Positions 1-7,181 of a stretch of DNA of 15,519 bases are shown here, piece after piece. Origin of the DNA: Thermodesulfobacteriota bacterium (GTDB taxonomy: Bacteria > Desulfobacterota_D > UBA1144 > Nemesobacterales > N074bin48); contig JBFFSH010000062.1 of assembly GCA_041572575.1 (NCBI GenBank), forward strand, positions 1 to 15,519, in the 5' to 3' direction. A program made the position numbers and the translations under genes. The notes under the pieces were generated by a model. That model was given only the letters and a program-made list of their open reading frames with translations, had not been told where the DNA came from and did not search any database. Within the stretch, counting starts at the first letter, position 1, and each line of letters starts with the position of its first letter.

Positions 1-139
1 AGAAACCTGGAGGAGAGATTACAACGAGTACAGACCTCATTCGGCACTTGATAATATGACGCCGGAGGAGTATGTTAAACAACACATAAAAAAGCCGGAA
101 ATCTCTAATTATCCCGGTACAGCTTTTGGGTGAGGGTCA
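1..139 (+). mobile_element. Right end of IS3-family element (IS407-like terminus)
   Basis: The transposase tail runs into ...CCGGTACAGCTTTTGGGTGAGGGTCA, which ends in the IS3-type terminal CA at 138-139. Confidence 0.8.
2..133 (+). CDS. IS3-family transposase OrfB, C-terminal fragment (truncated by window edge)
   Basis: Manual translation from base 2: ETWRRDYNEYRPHSALDNMTPEEYVKQHIKKPEISNYPGTAFG*. WRxDYNxxRPHSAL..xTP is the typical IS3 integrase-core C-terminus. Confidence 0.92.
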   Translation, partial: ETWRRDYNEYRPHSALDNMTPEEYVKQHIKKPEISNYPGTAFG

Positions 140-149
140 TTACCTAAAA

Positions 150-190
150 TTCTAACTTATAATCTGGTACTATTATATGGGGCAAGGTCA
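150..190 (+). mobile_element. Second, orphan IS3-like right terminal inverted repeat
   Basis: TCTAACTTATAATCTGGTACTATTATATGGGGCAAGGTCA aligns with the first end (TCTAATTATCCCGGTACAGCTTTTGGGTGAGGGTCA) and also ends in GGTCA. Confidence 0.65.
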
Positions 191-251
191 GATTGATAGT
201 TTAGTTTTATGAGTTTTAAGACTCATTCTTAAAAATGATAAAATAAATCAT

Positions 252-291
252 AGCCTGTTGTGGAATTTACATATTCTACAACAGGCTTTTT
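252..291 (+). terminator. Intrinsic terminator-like hairpin
   Basis: AGCCTGTTGTGGAAT-ttacat-ATTCTACAACAGGCT forms a 15-bp stem with one G-U pair and is followed by a T-run. Confidence 0.7.
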
Positions 292-363
292 ATGAGTTTT
301 AATATCATTAATTAAATTTCAATACTATAGTATCTATAGATTAAATGCTCTGGTAGTACTTAC

Positions 364-401
364 TAGTTCGAAGTGTATACAAGAGCCCAGAAATTATTTT
401 T
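364..401 (+). repeat. Module-boundary direct repeat, copy R1
   Basis: TAGTTCGAAGTGTATACAAGAGCCC-AGAAATTATTTTT, 35/39 to consensus by manual alignment. Confidence 0.93.
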
Positions 402-427
402 CAGTTTTAGCTACTTAACTTCAAAAT

Positions 428-469
428 AAAAAACCCACAACCAAAGCAACGAACTCTGATTGTGGGTTT
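428..469 (-). terminator. Intrinsic terminator downstream of the nitrilase-GFA operon
   Basis: Stem AAACCCACAACCA...TGATTGTGGGTTT with an A-run on the left (U-tail on minus strand). A homologous hairpin lies at 2356-2399. Confidence 0.7.
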
Positions 470-577
470 GGTTTACTGTTAGTCAATTAATCCTATAGTT
501 TATGAGGTTAGAACTAATTAGGATACTACTCATAATCACTTGATCTTAAAGTGCAGTTAAAAGTTTCACTCGGTACT

Positions 578-1012
578 CTATTCAGGCAATACCTCTCCCG
601 AGCCCCCGGCTTCTTTGGGTAAATCCCTAAGCTTCGGCAGACCATCCTTGATATGCAGCACTGTCTCTTGATAGTTTACGTGAAAACCAGGCTTGAAGGG
701 AAAATCCTGAATCAAGACTGCATATACATCTATGAACCCCATGCCCGGATGCTCAGTGAAGATATGGCCTCCACAGGTCTTACACCACTTTCGATAGCTC
801 TGGGGTGTCTTGTTGTAAGTGTCTATGTTATCTTTTCCTTTTATAACCTCCACAGCTTCTGGTATCCATAATGTGAAGGCATTAACAGGACCTGCTGACC
901 AATGCCGGCACGAGTCGCAATGGCAATAGCCCATGACTGCTGGCTCACCTGTTACCGTGAACTCAACTTCTCCACAGAAACAGTTACCTGTGTAAGTTTT
1001 CTCTTTACTCAT
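578..1012 (-). CDS. GFA / CENP-V family Zn-binding protein
   Basis: GNCFCG, CHCDSCR and WCKTCG Cys motifs; AAGGAGG RBS upstream. Confidence 0.92.
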   Translation of the reverse strand: MSKEKTYTGNCFCGEVEFTVTGEPAVMGYCHCDSCRHWSAGPVNAFTLWIPEAVEVIKGKDNIDTYNKTPQSYRKWCKTCGGHIFTEHPGMGFIDVYAVLIQDFPFKPGFHVNYQETVLHIKDGLPKLRDLPKEAGGSGEVLPE

Positions 1013-1043
1013 TATGCACCTCCTTATTGTTTTAATGTCATTA

Positions 1044-1979
1044 CTATTCGAATTTAACCGGAGATTGCGGGTTTGTATTTACGCTAAGTTTAAATATGTC
1101 AGGGCGAGAATAATGACCCGCAACGTCAAGTGTTCTTTTGGCAGTCCCGACGAGTTTTATATCCAGATCAGCATAAAGTATTCCTTTTTCTTTATGCATC
1201 GGTCCAGCCACAATTTCTCCTCCCGGTTTTATGACTACAGAATCTCCGGGATTAATCCAATCTTCTGAATCTGGATATAAAGCTTTTTTCTCTGGAAAAT
1301 CTGGCGGTATATCCGAATTTTCAAAAGCTACTCCGCTGCAAACTACCCAGCACCTCCCCTCGCGGGCAATGTGCTGCAGTGTTCCTATCCAGCCATCCCC
1401 GCTGTCATATGTTGGTGCTATATAGATTTCCACACCTTGTGAGTACAGAGCATATCTTGCAAGAGGCATATAGTTTTCCCAGCATAACAATGTACTAATC
1501 TTTCCTATAGTTGTATCAACAACCTTTAAGCCCGACCCATCTCCAAAACCCCATATCATTCTTTCCGGGTTAGTTGGCATTAATTTACGATGTCGGTTAA
1601 GGATTGCACCATCAGACCCAATTATTATTACTGTGTTGTAAAGAGTTGCTTGACTGAATTTGCTGTCTTTTTCATTTAAACCGCATACTACCGTTATTTT
1701 ATGTTTTTTTGCTACCTTGCATATTGGGGAGATATCGTCTGAGTCTAGATTAACAGAATTATCTAATAAACTCGCATATAACTTCTCGCTAATGTTCCAG
1801 TCACCGCCCGGTCTCAGTCGCCATATCCAAGCAGGATAAGCTGGAATAAAAGCTTCTGGAAAAACTATTAACTGAGCACCAGAGTTTGCAGCTTGTTTGA
1901 TTAAAGCAACTGCCTTTTTAATTGTTTTTACTTTATTTAGAAATGCAGGAGATTCCTGTACTATAGCAACCTTGACCAT
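1044..1979 (-). CDS. Carbon-nitrogen hydrolase family protein (nitrilase)
   Basis: Catalytic E-K-C triad motifs FPEAF, HRKLMPT and CWENYMP; C-terminal DVAGHYSRPD. ATG at 1979 is preferred over 2000 because an AAGGAG RBS precedes it. Confidence 0.95.
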   Translation of the reverse strand: MVKVAIVQESPAFLNKVKTIKKAVALIKQAANSGAQLIVFPEAFIPAYPAWIWRLRPGGDWNISEKLYASLLDNSVNLDSDDISPICKVAKKHKITVVCGLNEKDSKFSQATLYNTVIIIGSDGAILNRHRKLMPTNPERMIWGFGDGSGLKVVDTTIGKISTLLCWENYMPLARYALYSQGVEIYIAPTYDSGDGWIGTLQHIAREGRCWVVCSGVAFENSDIPPDFPEKKALYPDSEDWINPGDSVVIKPGGEIVAGPMHKEKGILYADLDIKLVGTAKRTLDVAGHYSRPDIFKLSVNTNPQSPVKFE

Positions 1980-2288
1980 AATATTACTCCTTGAAATCAT
2001 TTTTCAGACATTAACTACAGAAATATGTCTACTTAATATTTTGGTATTTGCAATGTTCAGTATACAAAGGAAAAGGAGTTTACTGAAACAAGGTTGTGGT
2101 TATAATGATATCTGAAAATTCTGAATCAGTGGAATATAGCTTATGTATGTTGTAATATCTAAAACGCATTTATTTTTATATACACGAGTTTAGCATATTA
2201 TGTGACGCCTACTAATCATAATGAAGTGCATTAAGATTGATAAAAACGATTATATCAGTCTTATTTTCTAACAAATATGCATTCTTTT

Positions 2289-2327
2289 GAGTTCGGAGTG
2301 TATACAAGAGCCCCAGAAATTATTTTT
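2289..2327 (+). repeat. Module-boundary direct repeat, copy R2
   Basis: GAGTTCGGAGTGTATACAAGAGCCCCAGAAATTATTTTT, 36/39 to consensus. Confidence 0.95.
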
Positions 2328-2355
2328 CAATATTTGTGCAATCTTAAAACGGCAC

Positions 2356-2399
2356 AAAAAAACCCACAACCACAGGGGTTAGCTCTGATTGTGGGCTTT
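2356..2399 (-). terminator. Intrinsic terminator downstream of the Cys-repeat gene
   Basis: AAAAAAACCCACAACCA...CTCTGATTGTGGGCTTT; homologous to the hairpin at 428-469. Confidence 0.7.
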
Positions 2400-2423
2400 G
2401 TGGTTAGAAATAATTATCACTTA

Positions 2424-3119
2424 TCAGCACTCAAAACAAGCCTCTTCCCCATTACATGTATTATCGGGTACATTGGTGGTTCGACAAGCGCATGCTCTAT
2501 CTCCATTACATGAGTTATTTCCAATTGTTATTCCATCAGTAACGTCATCACATGCATGCTCCCCATGGCATGAATTGATCCCTGTGGATGATGCATCATT
2601 GTCTTCACATGATTTATAACCAATACAAGAGTAATTTCCGATTGTATCTCCCATGCCGTCTCTTCCCGCTCTATCGCAGGCATCCATACTACGGCACGAA
2701 TTATCTCCTACGTCTGCATCATTGGATGTACATGCAAAATCATCATTGCACGATCTGTTTCCTATATCCCCGCCGTTAGATCCACATGCATCTGTACCAT
2801 TACATGAATTATGTCCTACACTCCCGTCATTTACCTGACACGCATCTTGACTATTACATGAGTTGTTTCCTACATCCCCGTTGTTATCCGCACAGGCTTC
2901 TAAACCATGACATGATTTATTTCCTACATCCCCTTCATTCTCATCACATGCTTCTTCTCCATTGCATGAGTTATTACCTATATCCCCGGTGTTGGAAGTA
3001 CAGGCATCAGGTCCTATACAGGAATGATTCCCAATTGAAGCAGAAGCTGCATATAGAGCATGATACCCGATCAATACTGCTATGTTTAAAAACAACAATG
3101 TATATATTATTTTTCTCAC
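2424..3119 (-). CDS. Secreted cysteine-rich tandem-repeat protein
   Basis: N-terminal signal peptide (MRKII + hydrophobic core + ASA) followed by 11 repeats of about 18 aa, [IV]GxxSCxGxxAC. GGAGGA RBS upstream. Confidence 0.88.
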   Translation of the reverse strand: MRKIIYTLLFLNIAVLIGYHALYAASASIGNHSCIGPDACTSNTGDIGNNSCNGEEACDENEGDVGNKSCHGLEACADNNGDVGNNSCNSQDACQVNDGSVGHNSCNGTDACGSNGGDIGNRSCNDDFACTSNDADVGDNSCRSMDACDRAGRDGMGDTIGNYSCIGYKSCEDNDASSTGINSCHGEHACDDVTDGITIGNNSCNGDRACACRTTNVPDNTCNGEEACFEC

Positions 3120-3315
3120 TTTTTCCTCCGTTTAATAGGATATATATTTAAAGATCGTATATTGAGATTGTAATTATTTAATTGAGGTATAGAAAACGGT
3201 TTGAATTTCTTAAGATTAATATTACATAATGCACATCGGAATCACCCCCGTTATCATACTTTATACCAATTCAAAATGTACTTTTCTTAATGCTACCAAT
3301 TTAAAAATGGATTTT

Positions 3316-3337
3316 AAATACTCAAAATTGAGTATTT
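3316..3337. promoter_or_regulatory. Perfect inverted repeat, NarL/LuxR-type 7-2-7 operator candidate
   Basis: AAATACTCAA-AA-TTGAGTATTT, between the PAS-LuxR gene and the Cys-repeat gene. Confidence 0.55.
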
Positions 3338-3379
3338 TTGCTTGATTTATAGGTTATTTGGATATTATAGAGGAGTGAT

Positions 3380-4051
3380 TTAAATCAAATTGTTCTGCCG
3401 GGCTTTAGCAACTGCCTCAAGCATGGAATGTACTTCCAGTTTGGTATGTATATTTTGAATATGCTTTCGCAGTGTAGATAAACTAATATAAAGTTTTTCA
3501 CTTATGTCTACAGGTCTACACCCTTCTTCCAGGTATTTAAGAACCTTACGTTCACGGGGGGTTAGTGTCCCCTGTGTCTTAGATTGATTCTTTGATAAAT
3601 TTTTATTCTCCAGTTTACTTTCATTGTTTATTTCCGATACCGCCTCTCTAATACGATGAAATTCCAACTTCTGCTTAGTAATATGATGAAATATATGAAC
3701 TACTGTGCTGAGTGCAGGCTGGCTTCCCGGAATACATATTATGCTTACATTAAGCCAAATAGGGTCACCTTTTTTTGAATGAGTAATCAGATCATAATTT
3801 TGAGGATTTTCCTCTTTTTTTATTGCTTTCATTACATTACAGCTTTTAGAACATACCGGATTTCCACTGTTATCTGTACCAGCAATTATTTCGTTACAAT
3901 ATTTTCCAAGCACATCATTAGCCGAGTAACCCAATATTTTTTGAGCCGGCTTATTCCAGAAAACTATTTTATGGTCGGTCCCAACGGCGAAAACTCCATC
4001 GTCGGTGTTAGCAAGTATTTGTAGTATGTCCATAGTTCTCATCTTCTGCAC
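3380..4051 (-). CDS. PAS-domain LuxR/NarL-type HTH transcriptional regulator
   Basis: N-terminal PAS (DGVFAV..IVFWNKPAQKILGYSANDVLGK) and C-terminal LTPRERKVL...IAEKL-like/ISLSTLRKHIQNIHTKL. Start uncertain (GTG 4051, ATG 4042 or ATG 4033). Confidence 0.92.
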   Translation of the reverse strand: MQKMRTMDILQILANTDDGVFAVGTDHKIVFWNKPAQKILGYSANDVLGKYCNEIIAGTDNSGNPVCSKSCNVMKAIKKEENPQNYDLITHSKKGDPIWLNVSIICIPGSQPALSTVVHIFHHITKQKLEFHRIREAVSEINNESKLENKNLSKNQSKTQGTLTPRERKVLKYLEEGCRPVDISEKLYISLSTLRKHIQNIHTKLEVHSMLEAVAKARQNNLI

Positions 4052-4251
4052 CTATGCGGTGTTTTGCTCTAACTCCATTTAGATGAGTAATGAAGAAAAC
4101 GATTAACTTATTATAGATACTCAAAAATATAATCTGACAAATACAAAATCTCTAAAGCTAACATTAATATATTCTCTAATTTATATCAAGATCAATTTCT
4201 ATAGATAATCGATACTTGATCATTCAAATTTGATGTTATGCAAATTCCCCC

Positions 4252-4290
4252 GAGTTCGAAGAGTATACAAGAGCCCCAGAAATTACTTTT
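4252..4290 (+). repeat. Module-boundary direct repeat, copy R3
   Basis: GAGTTCGAAGAGTATACAAGAGCCCCAGAAATTACTTTT (used as the consensus). Confidence 0.95.
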
Positions 4291-4362
4291 CAGGTTTAGC
4301 TATTTCAATATTAATGCTGCACAATAAATCCCATAAGAAAACGTCCTCTCCTTAGTAGTGAA

Positions 4363-5454
4363 TTATGAGTTATTGCTTAATTCTGAATTGGAGACATTTC
4401 TAGCAAGAAATAACGTTTGTGTAGGATATGCAAACTCAACCCTTTCCTGTTCAAATTTTCTGAATATACCCATATTGATATTTTGTTGAATATCCATGTA
4501 GACATTATAGTCCGGGGATTCTACAAAATATACAGTCTCGAAATTTAGGGAAAAATCGCCATAAGATGAAAAGTGTGATCTGTCAAATCTTGCATTTGGC
4601 TCAGAATCAACAATTTCTTTTATCCATTTAGGTATTGCCTCTATCATTTCAGCTGTTGTTTGATATATTACCCCAATAGTGAAAACAATCCTCCTTTCAT
4701 ACATTCTCTTGTAGTTTCTGAGTCTGCTGCTCAATAAATCATTATTGGAAAATATAATCTGCTCACCGGAAAGGCTTCTTACTCTAGTAGTTTTAAGACC
4801 AATATGTTCAACATTCCCTAAAAAGTCATCAAGAATGATGAAGTCTCCAACAACAAAAGGTTTGTCAACTATAATAGATAAAGAGGCAATTAAATCCCCC
4901 AGAACATTTTGTAATGCAAGAGCTACAGCTATACCTCCTATACCCAGACCCGCTATAAGAGTCGTTATATTGAATCCCAGATTGTCTAGAATTAGAAGAA
5001 AAATAACAACCCATAGTACAATCTTTGACACAAGACCCATAGATTTAATTTGAGTAATAGCTGTACGGGATGTTTCGAAGCTATACTTATTAAGCTTTCT
5101 ATTTACTATAAAGGTAATTACACCACTACCCCATAGTGCCGTCTGTACTAAAAATGCTATGATTATTACACTTTTTCTTATTACAAGTAAGGTCTTGTTT
5201 AAATCAAGAAACAGAGATCCCACAAAGATTGAAAAAACTATCACAAGCATAAAATTAGTTTTACTCAAAAAGCCAACTAGGATATCATCAAGTTTGGTTG
5301 ATGTATTTTCAGCGTGCTTACTGAGTTTGAGGAAAAGATATTTATTTATTGAGTTAAGTATGAGACTCAAAACGATAGCCACAGTGATAGCAATCAGCCA
5401 GTTTTGCAGGCTGTTTCCTAGATATGTATTTTTTATCAATTCAGTAAAAACCAA
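4363..5454 (-). CDS. Small-conductance mechanosensitive channel (MscS family)
   Basis: Several TM helices, LIAGLGIGGIAVALALQ, DKPFVVGDFI, GNVEHIGLKTT and IEFAYPT-like C-terminus. TTG start with G-rich RBS. Confidence 0.95.
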   Translation of the reverse strand: MVFTELIKNTYLGNSLQNWLIAITVAIVLSLILNSINKYLFLKLSKHAENTSTKLDDILVGFLSKTNFMLVIVFSIFVGSLFLDLNKTLLVIRKSVIIIAFLVQTALWGSGVITFIVNRKLNKYSFETSRTAITQIKSMGLVSKIVLWVVIFLLILDNLGFNITTLIAGLGIGGIAVALALQNVLGDLIASLSIIVDKPFVVGDFIILDDFLGNVEHIGLKTTRVRSLSGEQIIFSNNDLLSSRLRNYKRMYERRIVFTIGVIYQTTAEMIEAIPKWIKEIVDSEPNARFDRSHFSSYGDFSLNFETVYFVESPDYNVYMDIQQNINMGIFRKFEQERVEFAYPTQTLFLARNVSNSELSNNS

Positions 5455-5702
5455 TTTGCCCCCCCCTGTTATAAATTTTTACAATTACTGTTAAATGTAA
5501 TTCAAATAAATTAGATTTAATATCATTCTTAATTGTTTGATTGTTTAAACCAGATTTATATTTGGATCACATATAGTGATATTAGGTAATGCTTATTATT
5601 GTAACGGATTATTATAGATAGCAAGTAATTGCCAAGATAGTTAAATTCATTAGAATGTATTACTTATATAAGAACTATTTACTATAACAACCCCGAACCT
5701 AT

Positions 5703-5741
5703 TTATTCGAAGGGTATACAAGAACTCAAGAAATTACTTTT
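5703..5741 (+). repeat. Module-boundary direct repeat, copy R4 (degenerate)
   Basis: TTATTCGAAGGGTATACAAGAACTCAAGAAATTACTTTT, 32/39 to consensus. Confidence 0.88.
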
Positions 5742-5759
5742 TTATAGATTGTTTAATAT

Positions 5760-6490
5760 CTACTGAGGAATATCTGTGTTTTTCTTGGTAATAATGGCAT
5801 CATACATCAACCTTTCTCCAGATATCGATTTTCTGTGCATATAATTTTTTTTCTTTTTTATATCCATTACGTCTTGTTGAATTAATTCTTCATATAGTTC
5901 ACAGACACCATAGCTGTCATCCTCTTTTAAAAAATCTTCTTTAACACATAACGCAACCCACCCCTGCTCGTCTGTATAGTTAATTGCATTGGCAAGTGTT
6001 TTGGGTGGGATATCTCCGTAGCCTATGGCTGCCACGCATGTTACACAATCAATACTCTTTTCATCTAAAATCTTTGTGTAGTTTGATCAGGCAAAGTCAA
6101 ATCATCAAATATGTAGTCGCTATATACTTCTGGTCTGTCTCTAAATGCAGCCTGCTTAGCTTCTTCTATAATATCAACCCCTATCACATCATCTAAACCC
6201 AAGTTAACCAGCTCCTCTGCTACGATACCATTACCAGCACCCATATCCAATACTGTTATATCAGAAATGTTTTCAGATTCCTTGGACATTTCTTCTTGTA
6301 GAAGTTTCGCAACTACTTTAGTTTAATTACATTCCAGAATTTCATAAACTATTTTTTCATATAAACCCGGAATTGAAAATATGGTTTTATAATCGTGAAG
6401 TCTGATTTGTTGTTTTTCTTCACCTTGGCACATAAGTATATATTTCTGGTTTTGGTCTAGGTCGGCAATGAGGGGAATTACTATTTCCAT
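5760..6490 (-). pseudogene. Class I SAM-dependent methyltransferase pseudogene
   Basis: From ATG 6490: MEIVIP...IRLHDY..IPGLYEKIVYEILECN*TKVV (TAA at 6323-6325), continuing in frame to VLDMGAGNG (SAM motif I). A frameshift near 6070-6085 then leads into KILDEKSIDCVTCVAAIGYGDIP..., stop at 5760. Confidence 0.85.
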
Positions 6491-6606
6491 AATGGAATAG
6501 GCAGTATACCATATGATTAAAGTAACCTTAATTCAGCTTGAATCTTACTTTTATGATAATAAACTACCAATCTCCGAACTATTTTCAATCATTTTTACAA
6601 ACTCCC

Positions 6607-6645
6607 GAGTTCGAAGAGTATATAAGAGCCCCAGAAATTACTTTT
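6607..6645 (+). repeat. Module-boundary direct repeat, copy R5
   Basis: GAGTTCGAAGAGTATATAAGAGCCCCAGAAATTACTTTT, 38/39 to consensus. Confidence 0.95.
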
Positions 6646-6721
6646 ATTCTTTAACAAACTGTTATTTCCATTGTTTTGATAAATTAGCATGTACTCTTAC
6701 ATGTTAAAGTTAACCAGATTT

Positions 6722-7084
6722 TTAAATATTATTCTCAAGAGACCAGTCTTTTAATTCATTTAAAAACACTAGCGCTGATCTTCCGAAATCAGTTATCTCG
6801 TATTCCACAGCTATCGGTTTTGTACTTATTACCCTGCGTTTGAGCAAACCAATATCTTCCATCTCTTTTAACCTTTGGTTAACCATCTTCTTACTTGCGC
6901 CTTTTAATTTCCTAGCAAGTTCATTAAATCGTATGGGGCCGTCTTTTAGATACCACAGTATCGACCCTTTCCACTTTCCACCAATTATCCTCATACCTCT
7001 TTCAATAGGACAAGGTAAAATGCATGGATCGGAAAAATCCGCTACTTGTTTTTTATCTTCAGTAGTATCTGCTTCAGTTCTCAT
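6722..7084 (-). CDS. HxlR/DUF24-family winged-helix transcriptional regulator
   Basis: CPIE..IIGGKWK..IL..L..GPIRFNEL...LKEME..GLL.R...P..VEY.IT..G; GAGGAGG RBS. Confidence 0.93.
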   Translation of the reverse strand: MRTEADTTEDKKQVADFSDPCILPCPIERGMRIIGGKWKGSILWYLKDGPIRFNELARKLKGASKKMVNQRLKEMEDIGLLKRRVISTKPIAVEYEITDFGRSALVFLNELKDWSLENNI

Positions 7085-7102
7085 ATTTCCTCCTCAATTA
7101 GT

Positions 7103-7151
7103 GGTTACTAAAAGTATACTAGTTGATTATAGTAACCTATCCGAATATAAT
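7103..7151 (+). promoter_or_regulatory. Sigma70-type promoter with overlapping inverted-repeat operator
   Basis: TTGATT (7123-7128), 17 bp, TATAAT (7146-7151). Inverted repeat GGTTACTA (7103-7110) / TAGTAACC (7130-7137) brackets the -35; palindrome AGTATACT at 7113-7120. Confidence 0.65.
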
Positions 7152-7181
7152 CAACTTTTTAAAAAATAAAAGGAGTTAAAA

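Noticed and set aside
364..401. Repeat as a XerCD dif/pdif site (AGTTCG and TGTATA look dif-like)
   Set aside because: No XerD arm resembling TTATGTTAAAT and no 11-6-11 dyad symmetry.
490..524. Imperfect inverted repeat ATCCTATAGTT...AACTAATTAGGAT
   Set aside because: AT-rich, needs a bulge, occurs once, and supports no function.
2424..3119. 54-bp periodic DNA as a non-coding repeat array
   Set aside because: The periodicity is fully explained by the 18-aa protein repeat.
4216..4243. FNR-like TTGAT half-sites
   Set aside because: No matching ATCAA at N4 spacing.
4249..4290. Repeat as a tRNA 3' fragment (GTTCGAA resembles a T-loop)
   Set aside because: No T-stem pairing, acceptor stem or CCA follows the motif.
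653..5494. Plus-strand ORFs from the track (653, 1014, 1231, 1897, 2277, 2389, 2588, 2653, 2786, 3779, 4745, 5159)
   Set aside because: They are antisense shadows of well-supported genes or run through repeat/terminator DNA, with no recognisable motifs.
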